Shown: in pieces, positions 38,592-46,666 of the stretch | Layout of the letters: each line of letters opens with the position of its first letter | How positions within the stretch are numbered: the first letter of the stretch is position 1 | NCBI GenBank assembly: GCA_021414065.1 | Contig: JAIOPE010000004.1 | Location: forward strand, 38,636-102,635 | Length of the DNA stretch: 64,000 nucleotides | DNA from: Planctomycetota bacterium | GTDB taxonomy: Bacteria > Planctomycetota > JAJSAM01 > JAJVHW01 | Direction of reading: 5' to 3' | Program-made: the position numbers and the translations under genes | Notes under the pieces: generated by a model | Database searches by the model: none | The model's input: the letters and a program-made list of their open reading frames with translations, nothing else | What the model was told of the DNA's origin: nothing

Positions 38592-38885
38592 CGTGTAGCG
38601 AGCCGACCGGGCCCCGGTACCGTTCGCGCCTCGTGCCTACCTCGTCGGGGACGTCGCCACGAGCGCCCGGTCACATGCTCCTCGGTCCGGCCCGGCCGCG
38701 CTGGGCGCGGATGCTCTACGAGCAGGGCGAACGTGTGTCGAGCCTCCTGTACCGTTCGCGACTCGTGCCTACCTCGTCGGGACCGCCGCCACGAGCGCCG
38801 GGTCACCAGCTCCTCGGTCCGGCCCGGCCGCTCTACTCAGCGAGTGCGCGTCGCGTAGAAACGCGTGCGTCGAGCCCCCCGGTTG
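38592..38885 (+). repeat. family-B repeat, about 2.1 tandem units (period 131 bp)
   Basis: GTACCGTTCGCGnCTCGTGCCTACCTCGTCGGG...CACGAGCGCC...GCTCCTCGGTCCGGCCCGGCCGC occurs at 38618 and again at 38749. A third unit starts at about 38866. The same cores recur at 46486 and 51175. Confidence 0.8.
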
Positions 38886-39060
38886 ATCTTGCGACATCCT
38901 CTGAGGGCGCGGGCGCGTAGGCCCTCGACGCGTGCGCCTCGCGTGGCCGCCGTGTTCCGACACGATTCGCCGCGCGTGGTTTCACCCGCGGGACCGACCA
39001 CCGATTAGCCCGGGTCGATCTCCACGTTCGTCGCGATCTGAGGGCGGTAGAGTCGTCTTC

Positions 39061-41550
39061 GTGACGATCCGTCGGCTGGGTTCCTCGACGCACGCGGCGC
39101 GTCCCGACGAAGGGACGGCGCCGAAGCGTCGGTCAGGTGTTCGCGGGACGCCAGGCGACGATCGGCCCGGCGGGGCTTGTTGCCGCGGTGGCGCGGCGCC
39201 ATCGGCCGCCGCCGCACATCCGCGGCGCTGCGCTCGGCTCGCTCGTGCCCTGCTGCTCGTCGTGTCGATCGGACTGGCGTCGTGCGCCTCCGGCGTTCCT
39301 GCCGCGCCCGACCCGGCGCTCGGGCCGACGTTCGCCGACATCGACGTGCGGCCTCGCCCGCGAATCGAGGAAGGGGCGGCGCGCGGGATCGCTGCGGCGC
39401 GGCGACTCGCTGCCCTTGGGCGACGTGGCGAAGCGTTCTCGCGTCTGACGCAGGTCCTGTCGGCGTACCCCGGGGCGCTGGAGGCGGAGCGCGCGCTGCA
39501 GGACGTGCTGGCTGGATCCCGTTCGGATGCGTGGCTTCGGCGCCGCGCGGAGCGCCGACTCCGCGCCGAGCCGGGGAGCGCCGACGCGAACTACCTGGCC
39601 GCCCGCATCGAGCCGAGCCGAGTGAGGCAGGCCATGCTGTTCGATCGCGCGCTCGCGGTTGACCCGGGGCACCCGTGGGCACGCCTCGGTCGGGCGATCA
39701 CGCTCGACCGCACCGGGCGTTTCGATGCTGCGATCGGTGAGGCGTGGCGGGTTGCGGCGGGGGCCCCGTGGCTTGATCTCCCGTGGACATATCTCGGCCA
39801 GACCGCTCTCTCTCGTGGCGCCCCGGATGCCGCGGAGCGGTTCCTCCTGGAGGCCGTCGCACGCGGCGCAGACGATCCGCGCCCGTGGATCGCGCTGGCC
39901 TCGGTCTACGACGACCTCGACCAGGGGGCCGACGCCTCGCGGGCTGCTCTCGAGGCGTTTCGTCGCGCGCCGGGCGACGCCGGGATCACCTGGGGGCTCG
40001 GCCGCATCTTGGAGCGCCTCGGGACCGGCCCCGATGTCGAGGCGGTGCTTCGCGCCGCAGACGACGTGCGATCGGAGTGCGCTCGCACCGCTGCTCTCGA
40101 CGTCTTCCGAGGGCGAATCCTCGTTTCGGTCGGCAGATTCGAGGAGGCACGATCGGCTCTCCTGGACGCCCAGCGGGACGGCGCGTCGCCCGGCGATGTG
40201 GCGGTTCCGCTCCGCCGGGCGCGGATCGGCGCCGCTCGCGTGCAGGAGGCGGTGGACTGCTACCTGGCGGATCTCCCCGGGGACGTGACCGACGTGGCCG
40301 ACACGCGGGCGCCCGCATGGTCGGAGCTGGTCGCTGCCGGTTCAGCGTGGCGCGACAACGACGCCGCAGCCGCCGTGCGCCTCGCCGCGGCGCTCAGGTC
40401 GGTCGGATGGCTCGACGAACTGCGAATCGTGCTGACGAGGGCTCGGTCGCAGTTCCCGGAGGACGCCGAACTGGCGCAACTTTCGGCGGAGTCCGACGCA
40501 TTTGCGCTGTTCCTGGAGGAACTCGGCGCCTACGCCCGCGAGTTGCGCCGCCTGCACCGGCGCGGAGTGACGGTGCCGCTCGACGACTTGGTCGGACGTA
40601 TCCGCGAGATCTCGATCGCGCGGCTCGGCCGAGACGTGTCCGATGGGATCCGCGTCACGTCGTACCCATTCATCGGTGCATTTGCGTCGTCGGACACGTC
40701 TGCCGGGGCGTTCCACGACGTGTTCGTCGAGCACGGACTCCTCGCCGTGGCCGGCGAGCGCTCGGGACGCGGTGCGGAACTGCTGCTCGGCCGCGTGGTC
40801 TCGGACCGCCCTGACCGGCAGGCGGTGGTGCTCGGCGAGCCCGTCGTCTGCGACGAGCACTGGATCGAGAGCGACGGCCTCCCGGACGGGCTCGCGGGGC
40901 TGCGCTCCGGGATGGCGGGTCTCACGCTCGACCGGTTGGTCCTGCTCCAGCTCGACGTCATCCGCCACCTTCCCCCGGAAGACGACCCGGACATCCCGTA
41001 CCTCGCGCTCGACGCCGGCGCAGACGGTCCTGGCGAGGCCGACGTCGACGACGCGCTTCGGTCGGTCGCCACGCCGTCCGGCGTGGCGGTCCGCATCGAC
41101 CGCGCGGTCGCCGCGCGGGACCCGACCGGTGCGCTCGCGCTCGACGCGGTTCTTCGTCATGAACTTGTGCACGTACTCGACGCGGCGCGCATGCTGCCGC
41201 CCTGGCGACACATGTTCCGGGTGCTCGCATTCGTCGCCGGGCACGGATTCGACGGCGCCGCCATCGAGAGTGCGCTCGAAGCGCACGCGGCCGTGGGTTC
41301 CATCGTGGACGCCGACGAACCGCGCGCGGCGCTCGAGTCGCTCCTGGCGTTCCTCCCTGCCGAGGCGGGGGACACTGCCCACGTCTCGGGCTACCACCGG
41401 GCGGTCGCGGTGGCCATCGACGAGATCGTCAGCGACCCCTTGAGCTTCCAGTCGATCGACCTGCGCTGGAATGTGCTCCAGCAGATGGACCGTCTCACGG
41501 CCGACGAGGTTCGTGAACTGGGGCGCCGCGTTCTCCGTCGCATCCAGTGA
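39061..41550 (+). CDS. TPR-repeat lipoprotein with a C-terminal HExxH (putative zinc-peptidase-like) domain; start uncertain
   Basis: The track ORF runs 38932..41550. The first in-frame plausible start I found is GTG 39061. The lipobox is LLLVVSIGLASCASG. The N-terminal half holds TPR-like units. The C-terminal region carries LDAVLRHELVHVLDAARML (HExxH). Confidence 0.6.
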   Translation: MTIRRLGSSTHAARPDEGTAPKRRSGVRGTPGDDRPGGACCRGGAAPSAAAAHPRRCARLARALLLVVSIGLASCASGVPAAPDPALGPTFADIDVRPRPRIEEGAARGIAAARRLAALGRRGEAFSRLTQVLSAYPGALEAERALQDVLAGSRSDAWLRRRAERRLRAEPGSADANYLAARIEPSRVRQAMLFDRALAVDPGHPWARLGRAITLDRTGRFDAAIGEAWRVAAGAPWLDLPWTYLGQTALSRGAPDAAERFLLEAVARGADDPRPWIALASVYDDLDQGADASRAALEAFRRAPGDAGITWGLGRILERLGTGPDVEAVLRAADDVRSECARTAALDVFRGRILVSVGRFEEARSALLDAQRDGASPGDVAVPLRRARIGAARVQEAVDCYLADLPGDVTDVADTRAPAWSELVAAGSAWRDNDAAAAVRLAAALRSVGWLDELRIVLTRARSQFPEDAELAQLSAESDAFALFLEELGAYARELRRLHRRGVTVPLDDLVGRIREISIARLGRDVSDGIRVTSYPFIGAFASSDTSAGAFHDVFVEHGLLAVAGERSGRGAELLLGRVVSDRPDRQAVVLGEPVVCDEHWIESDGLPDGLAGLRSGMAGLTLDRLVLLQLDVIRHLPPEDDPDIPYLALDAGADGPGEADVDDALRSVATPSGVAVRIDRAVAARDPTGALALDAVLRHELVHVLDAARMLPPWRHMFRVLAFVAGHGFDGAAIESALEAHAAVGSIVDADEPRAALESLLAFLPAEAGDTAHVSGYHRAVAVAIDEIVSDPLSFQSIDLRWNVLQQMDRLTADEVRELGRRVLRRIQ

Positions 41551-41682
41551 TGCGCCGCTTCCGCGGAGTTGTCGTGTTCCCGTTGCAACGGCGCCGCCGA
41601 TCCGACGCAGCCCCCGTGCGTTGCTGACGCACGCGGCGCTACGAGACGTTCCCCAGCGAGCCTCATGGACGACTTGGACCAC

Positions 41683-43440
41683 CTACCGCAGCATTCCGGC
41701 CGGCAGGTCCTCCGCCATGAGCGCCTCGACGCCCGCACGCGACTTCGGGAGCGAGCTTGAGAGCACTTCGCAGCCGGTCTCCGTGACGAGCACCGTGTCC
41801 TCGATCCGGACGCCGAGATTGCGAGCCGGATCGTAGACCCCAGGCTCCACCGTGATCACGCACCCGGGCCGGAGGACGGCGTCCGCGTGCCACGAGTCGT
41901 GCACGTCCAGCCCGACCGTGTGGCACGTGCCGTGGATGAACCACTTGTCGAGTCCGTGCTTCGCGAGGACGCCCCGCGCGACCTCGTGGACCTGACGCAG
42001 CGTTGCTCCGGGCCGGACGGCGGCGAGCCCTGCCTCCTGCGCTTCCAGCACGGCGTCGTACACGACCGACTGCTCCGGCGTGAATCGGCCGGAGACCGGA
42101 AACGTCCGGGTCACGTCGCACGCGTAGCCCTCGAACTCGCCCCCGGCGTCGAGCACCACGAGATCCCCGTCCGCGAGGCGCCGCTCGTTCCGATCGTAGT
42201 GGAGTACACACGACCACGGGCCCGACCCGACGATCGACGGATACGCCTGACGCCGGCATCCTCCCGCCTTGCACCTGAACTCAACGAGTCCGGCGAGGTG
42301 GAACTCGAAGAGCCCGGCGCGCGCGGCGCGCATCGCGTCGGCGTGGCCCTCGACCGTCGCCGCCACCGCGCGGCGGATCCGCTCGACCTCGGTCGGCGAC
42401 TTCACCTCGCGTAATGCGCCGATGATCCCAGTCGCTGGCCGGACGTCGATGGGCGTCAGCTTGGAGATCGCGCCCACGGGGTCGCCAACTGCAACCCGCT
42501 CGGGGAGTGCCTGGCGCAGGGACTCGATCAGATCGTCCTTCCCGGCGCCGGGCACGCCGACAAGACGCACCCAGTGCGTCGGGAGCTTCTCGCGCAGTTG
42601 GGCGACCAGCTTCGCCAGTGCCGGAGTTCCGGTCGCCGCAGGCCCGGCGCTCACCAGCAGGGTCGTGCGACCACGCAGGACGAGCGCCAGGTCGTCGGCC
42701 AGCGCGTCGAGCGGGCGCGCGTCCGCGAAGCCCGCGAGCGAAGCGGTGGGCGCGTCGGCGGCCGGTTCGGGACCCGTCCAACGCTCCATCGCGGGATTGC
42801 GGAGCGGAAGGTAGACGCGGTCGAGCGCGCGCGCCGACACCGTGGTCGCGTCGTCCGGACCGGGCTGCCCGGACGTACCCGGCGCGGGTGCGGCGTCGGC
42901 GGGCGGCTGCGCGGCGGGCGGCTGCGATCCGCCCGGCGGGGGAGATGGAGCCCGCGGTGACGACGACGTTGCGGGAGACGACGGTGTCAACGGCGGCGGT
43001 GACTTCGCTGGAGAACTCGGCGCACGAGCCATGGCGATCAGTAGTGCAGCCGAACGGGGTGCGAGCGGGCACAGGTATGCGAAGTCCGAGTTGCGATTCG
43101 TGTCGGCGATCCCATCGGCGGTGCCGGGGAGCAGCACGAGCACGACGGAGTCGTCACCCGCGGCTTCCGCTGCGCGGCGCCGACGGTCGGCCGCCTCCGG
43201 CGCAGCGCGCAGCGCCGAGTTTCGCGCCGCGACGACCGACTCGTCGGCGGGAGGTGCGGGTGTTGGCGAAGGCCCGGACGTCGGAGGAGGTGCGGACGTC
43301 GGAGGAGGTGCGGCGGGCGCCTCCTGCCCCAACGAGACCGACTGCGCGCCTGCCACGAAACCGAGGAGCAGCGCCGTACGGAGCGCGGAGTGGCGCACTC
43401 CGAGACAGCGGCGCGCACGAACGGTCGACTGGCTGAGCAT
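41683..43440 (-). CDS. Xaa-Pro aminopeptidase-like M24 family peptidase with signal peptide and Pro-rich linker
   Basis: C-terminal M24 pita-bread motifs are present: VVLDAGGEFEGYACDVTRTF, HGTCHTVGLDVHD and ITVEPGVY...GVRIEDTVLVTE. The N-terminus has a signal-like hydrophobic stretch followed by PPPTSAPPPTSGPSPTPAPP. Confidence 0.85.
   Translation of the reverse strand: MLSQSTVRARRCLGVRHSALRTALLLGFVAGAQSVSLGQEAPAAPPPTSAPPPTSGPSPTPAPPADESVVAARNSALRAAPEAADRRRRAAEAAGDDSVVLVLLPGTADGIADTNRNSDFAYLCPLAPRSAALLIAMARAPSSPAKSPPPLTPSSPATSSSPRAPSPPPGGSQPPAAQPPADAAPAPGTSGQPGPDDATTVSARALDRVYLPLRNPAMERWTGPEPAADAPTASLAGFADARPLDALADDLALVLRGRTTLLVSAGPAATGTPALAKLVAQLREKLPTHWVRLVGVPGAGKDDLIESLRQALPERVAVGDPVGAISKLTPIDVRPATGIIGALREVKSPTEVERIRRAVAATVEGHADAMRAARAGLFEFHLAGLVEFRCKAGGCRRQAYPSIVGSGPWSCVLHYDRNERRLADGDLVVLDAGGEFEGYACDVTRTFPVSGRFTPEQSVVYDAVLEAQEAGLAAVRPGATLRQVHEVARGVLAKHGLDKWFIHGTCHTVGLDVHDSWHADAVLRPGCVITVEPGVYDPARNLGVRIEDTVLVTETGCEVLSSSLPKSRAGVEALMAEDLPAGMLR
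43276..43311. repeat. perfect 18-bp tandem duplication inside the M24 peptidase gene
   Basis: GGACGTCGGAGGAGGTGC occurs at 43276-43293 and 43294-43311. It encodes the duplicated APPPTS hexapeptide on the minus strand. Confidence 0.9.
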
Positions 43441-43557
43441 CCGCGAGATGGTAGCAGCCCGTCGGAGTAGACGGCCGCCACGGCGCAGTGAGGGGGGTGC
43501 AGGCTCGAGGTCGCGCGACGCTGACCGGCGCGGGCGAATACTCCGACAGGCTGCTCG

Positions 43558-43694
43558 CCGGGATCATCCACGAAGCTCCGCGCCTGGACGAGGCCCCTCG
43601 TCGCCGACTGGCCGACCGCTGCGTTGGGACCCTTGCGTGGCTTGACAAAGCCGACGCTGCGGGTCCCGCCTTGCGGTCAGCTCCGCGGATCTCG
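43558..43694 (+). repeat. family-A repeat, truncated copy (first ~137 bp of the 232-bp unit)
   Basis: CCGGGATCATCCACGAAGCTCCGCGCCTGGACGAGG...GACCGCTGCGTTGGGACCCTTGCGTGGCTTGACAAAGCCGACGCTGCGGGTCCCGCCTTGCGGTCAGCTCCGCGGATCTCG aligns with the full copies at 59679 (same strand) and 50905 (opposite strand). No second terminus is present. Confidence 0.75.
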
Positions 43695-43713
43695 TTCGCA
43701 CGGCGACACACGC

Positions 43714-44166
43714 TCACGACGCAGCAGCGAGTATCCGGTGCAGGTCCGCGGGCGCAGCGGCGTGCTCGAGGTCGCGGCGGAAGTCCGACTTCTTCATCGC
43801 GTTCATCACCGAAGCGAGGAACTGGAGGTAGCGCGGCTGACGCTCCTGCGGGCCGACGATCAGCACGATGTGGTGCACCGGGCGTCCGTCGATCGACCCG
43901 AAGTCGATGCCGTCTCGCGACCGTCCGTACGCGAGGACGAACTCCGTGACGCCCACCAGCTTCGCGTGGGGGACTGCAACGCCGAGTCCGATGCCGGTCG
44001 ACAGCACGTTCTCGCGGGCCGTGACCGCCTCGAGCACCGCGTCGGCGTCGGGGACTTCGGGCACGCCGCGGAGCGTGTCGACCATCTCGCGCAGCGCCGT
44101 CTCTTTCGTCCGGCTCGCCAAGTCGATCACGCGCGCCGGAGCGAGATACTCACCGAGATGGATCAT
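43714..44166 (-). CDS. PTS EIIA-type (PtsN-like) regulatory protein
   Basis: 150 aa. Shows the EIIA(Ntr/Fru) pattern: ...RENVLSTGIGLGVAVPHAKL (phospho-His context) ...VHHIVLIVGP. Confidence 0.8.
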   Translation of the reverse strand: MIHLGEYLAPARVIDLASRTKETALREMVDTLRGVPEVPDADAVLEAVTARENVLSTGIGLGVAVPHAKLVGVTEFVLAYGRSRDGIDFGSIDGRPVHHIVLIVGPQERQPRYLQFLASVMNAMKKSDFRRDLEHAAAPADLHRILAAAS

Positions 44167-44534
44167 CGGATCTCCTCGACGGGCACGATCCGGATGTCGC
44201 CCGGCGCGCCGTCGTCCTCAAGCGTCACCGCAATCCCGAGGAACTCGCGCCGCGCTCCTTCGAGCCCGCGCGTCCGGAGCACGTGCTCCGCAGCCCGGCC
44301 GACACGACGCAGCTTCGCCGGGGTCAGCGCGTCTTCGCCCGTCCCGGCGGAGCCGTCGCGCCGCCGGGCCTTGACTTCCACGAACGCGATCCGGCCGGAC
44401 TTCTTGGCGACGAGATCGAGCTCACCGAACGGCGTCCGCAGGTTGCGCGCGAGGATGCCGTACCCAGCGCGCTCCAGCGCGCGGGCGGCGGCATCCTCCG
44501 CGACACGTCCTGCGATCGGGTCTGCGCGACCCAC
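44163..44534 (-). CDS. yraN: YraN family (UPF0102) endonuclease-like protein
   Basis: AEDAAARALERAGYGILARNLRTPFGELDLVAKKSGRIAFVEVKARR matches the YraN signature. Its stop overlaps the downstream start (ATGA). Confidence 0.85.
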   Translation of the reverse strand: MGRADPIAGRVAEDAAARALERAGYGILARNLRTPFGELDLVAKKSGRIAFVEVKARRRDGSAGTGEDALTPAKLRRVGRAAEHVLRTRGLEGARREFLGIAVTLEDDGAPGDIRIVPVEEIR

Positions 44535-44549
44535 GTACGGGGCGCCCGA

Positions 44550-44969
44550 CTACTTGGTCGCAGCCGCGTCGGGGGCCGTTGCGGCTTCGTTTGCGGCCGA
44601 CGGTGCGTTGATCTTCTCGCGCAGGCGCGTCGCCTTGCCCTTGCGGTCGCGAAGGTAGTAGAGCTTCGCGCGGCGGACGTGCGACGAGCGGACGACCTCG
44701 ACGTGCGAGACCTTGGGGGAGTGGAGCGGGAAGACGCGCTCGACGCCCTCGCCGGCGACGATGCGACGGACGGTGAACGTCTCCGTCACGCCGCCGCCGT
44801 TCTTGGCGATGACGCGCCCGGTGAAGAGCTGGACGCGCTCCTTCTCCTCGAGCTTGCCCTTCTTCTCGATCGTCTCCGTGATGACCACGCCGACGTTGAC
44901 CTCGTCGCCGACCGCGAACGGCTTGCGCTTCTTGAGGTAGGGGGTCTCGACATCCTTCAGCTTGCTCAT
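44550..44969 (-). CDS. rplS: 50S ribosomal protein L19
   Basis: FAVGDEVNVGVVITE...ERVQLFTGRVIAKNGGGVTETFTVRRI..GEGVERVFPLHSPKV..VEVVR...VRRAKLYYLR is the L19 core. I chose the second ATG (44969) because GGGAG sits 9 nt upstream of it. Confidence 0.95.
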   Translation of the reverse strand: MSKLKDVETPYLKKRKPFAVGDEVNVGVVITETIEKKGKLEEKERVQLFTGRVIAKNGGGVTETFTVRRIVAGEGVERVFPLHSPKVSHVEVVRSSHVRRAKLYYLRDRKGKATRLREKINAPSAANEAATAPDAAATK

Positions 44970-44970
44970 C

Positions 44971-45660
44971 TCACGCATCTCCCTGGTCGGCGTCGGCCCT
45001 GCGGCGCGACTCTGTCCTCTTCCGGGCTTCCTCCGAGCGCCACCGCGCGATCCGCGCGTGGTCTCCCGACGTCAGCGCCTCGGGCACCGCGAGTCCGCGC
45101 CACACGGGGGGGCGCGTCCATTGCGGGGCTTCGAGGTCGTCGCCGTCGGTGTACGACTCGAGCGCGGCCGATTCGGCGTCGCCGAGCGCCCCCGGGAGGA
45201 GGCGCACGACCGCGTCGATCACCGACATCGCAGCAATCTCGCCGCCGGACAGCACGTAGGGCCCGATCGACAGCTCGTCCGGCCGGAGAACCTGCCGGAT
45301 GCGCGCGTCGAAGCCCTCGTAGCGTCCGCAGACGAGAACAAGATGGTCCATCTGAGCGAATTCGCGAGCCACCGCCTGCGTGAACGTACGGCCGCCCGGC
45401 GTCAGGAGCACCACGTGCCCCGGACCCCGTTCTGCGAGGATCGTCTCCACGCAGGCGACGACGGGTTCGGGCCTGAGGAGCATGCCCGGTCCGCCGCCGT
45501 AGGGCCGGTCGTCCACCGTACGGTGGCGATCGGAGGAAAAGTCCCGGATGTCATAGAGCCCGGCGTCCAAGATCCCCTTGCCCCGAGCCCGACCGAGGAT
45601 GCTGGAGCCCAGCACCTCGTCGAACATTCCTGGGAAGAGGGTCGCGACGTCGATCTTCAC
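44971..45660 (-). CDS. trmD: tRNA (guanine37-N1)-methyltransferase
   Basis: [14 protein letters not shown]...[13 protein letters not shown]...[14 protein letters not shown]...[17 protein letters not shown] are TrmD hallmarks. It lies upstream of rplS, as is usual. Confidence 0.95.
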   Translation of the reverse strand: MKIDVATLFPGMFDEVLGSSILGRARGKGILDAGLYDIRDFSSDRHRTVDDRPYGGGPGMLLRPEPVVACVETILAERGPGHVVLLTPGGRTFTQAVAREFAQMDHLVLVCGRYEGFDARIRQVLRPDELSIGPYVLSGGEIAAMSVIDAVVRLLPGALGDAESAALESYTDGDDLEAPQWTRPPVWRGLAVPEALTSGDHARIARWRSEEARKRTESRRRADADQGDA

Positions 45661-45862
45661 GGTCTCGTCCTCGCGGTCGCGTCTTCACGGTCTCGGTTGG
45701 ACGATGGCGATCAGAACTGCGTCGGTCGGAACAGCCGTCCGAAGCGGTTCGCTGGCTGTTTCTCCGCCACCCGCATCGGCAAACCTCGAAAGATGCCCTG
45801 ACACCGCAGCGGAGGCCCGAAAAAAGCCCCCGCTCCGGGCTCCAGAGCCTCGAATTGTCGGC

Positions 45863-46666
45863 ATGTTCGGAGGCATCGTCGCCGGCCTGGGTCGAATCGT
45901 CTCGGTGAAGCCGACGGCGGGGGCTGCGCTCCGCCTCGACGTGGACGTGTCCGTACTCCGCCGCAGGCTCGTTCCCGGCGCGTCGGTTTCGGTCTCCGGC
46001 GTGTGTCTGACGGTCGTTCGGGCTGCGCCGGCGGGTCGGGTCTCCCGTCGGGCGTCGTTCGACGTCGTCGGGGAGACGGTCCGGAGGAGTACGCTCGGCG
46101 GGCTCGCGCCGGCCGATGTCGTCAACCTTGAGGGCGCTCTGCGCGGCGGCGACGAGGTCGGCGGACACCAGGTCTCGGGGCACGTGGACGGTGTCGGCGA
46201 GGTTGTCGCGGTGGACCGGCGAGCCGACGAAACCTGGATGACCATCCGCGCGCCGCGCGACGTCCACGACACCCTCGTGCCGAAGGGCTGGGTCGCCGTG
46301 GACGGTTGCAGCCTGACTGTCGCCGAGCTTGGCCCCGCCAGTCGGACGCACGGCACGTTCTCCGTCGCGCTCATTCCGACGACGCTGGCCATCACGACGC
46401 TCGGCCGCGCCGAACCCGGTGCACACGTCAACCTCGAGGGCGACCCGCTCGGCAAGCACGTGGCGAAGTGGATGGCGGCGCGGGCGGTACTTTCCGCGAC
46501 TCGGGCCTACCTCGTCGGGGACGACTTTGCGAGTGCCGAGTCGGAGGCTCCTCGGTCCGGCCCGGCCGCTCTGCGGAGTGAGAGCGCGTCGGAGAGGCAA
46601 TCCGGCGTCGCGCCTGCCCCCGCGGCCCGCAAGTCGCGCCGCCGGCCGCCTGTCAGAAGCCGCTGA
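45863..46666 (+). CDS. ribE: riboflavin synthase alpha chain, with about 60 extra C-terminal codons that run through a family-B repeat
   Basis: MFGGIVAGLGRIV...GASVSVSGVCLTV...GGHQVSGHVDGVG...KGWVAVDGCSLTV...ALIPTTLAITTLG...VNLEGDPLGK is the duplicated lumazine-binding barrel. After ...KHVAKWMAARAV the ORF continues through repeat sequence to the stop at 46664-46666. Confidence 0.85.
   Translation: MFGGIVAGLGRIVSVKPTAGAALRLDVDVSVLRRRLVPGASVSVSGVCLTVVRAAPAGRVSRRASFDVVGETVRRSTLGGLAPADVVNLEGALRGGDEVGGHQVSGHVDGVGEVVAVDRRADETWMTIRAPRDVHDTLVPKGWVAVDGCSLTVAELGPASRTHGTFSVALIPTTLAITTLGRAEPGAHVNLEGDPLGKHVAKWMAARAVLSATRAYLVGDDFASAESEAPRSGPAALRSESASERQSGVAPAPAARKSRRRPPVRSR
46486..46615 (+). repeat. family-B repeat, single unit inside the ribE 3' extension
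   Basis: GGTACTTTCCGCGACTCGGGCCTACCTCGTCGGGGAC...GCTCCTCGGTCCGGCCCGGCCGCTCTGCGGAGTGAGAGCGCGTCGGAGAGGCAA aligns with 51175-51310 and, more distantly, with 38618-38870. Confidence 0.8.

Noticed and set aside
38592-38885. The tandem repeats after lexA as a possible CRISPR array.
   Set aside because: The period is about 131 bp, with only about 2 units. There is no alternation of short identical repeats with unique spacers, there are no cas genes in the window, and the same unit occurs singly elsewhere.
38932-39060. The upstream start (38932) for the TPR/HExxH lipoprotein, as listed in the ORF track.
   Set aside because: That start lies just downstream of the family-B tandem repeat array and would add more than 100 Arg/Pro-rich residues before the lipobox. 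A later start is more plausible, although no option is clean.
41615-41633. The hairpin CGTGCGT-tgctg-ACGCACG between the convergent genes ending at 41550 and 41683, as a bidirectional terminator.
   Set aside because: It has only a 7-bp stem and no flanking T/A tracts. GC-rich DNA yields many such hairpins by chance. Similar weak hairpins at 32322-32336 and 36705-36730 were also not called.
43488-43949. Conserved peptides such as LGPLRGLTKPTLRVPPCGQLRGSR appear in ORFs 43624.., 50911..51144 and 59734..59946. RLVPTSSG...LLGPARP peptides appear in ORFs 38543.., 46329.. and 50766...
   Set aside because: The similarity comes from nucleotide-level repeats (families A and B) that also occur in the opposite orientation and are bounded by inverted termini. 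The frames are not consistently open, and there are no start or SD signals. I treat them as non-coding repeats, not a gene family.
45661-45862. An FMN (RFN) riboswitch upstream of ribE.
   Set aside because: I could not find the conserved RFN core segments, such as the GGGGTGAAATTCC-like and GGATAGTCCG-like boxes. Only short generic GC hairpins are present.
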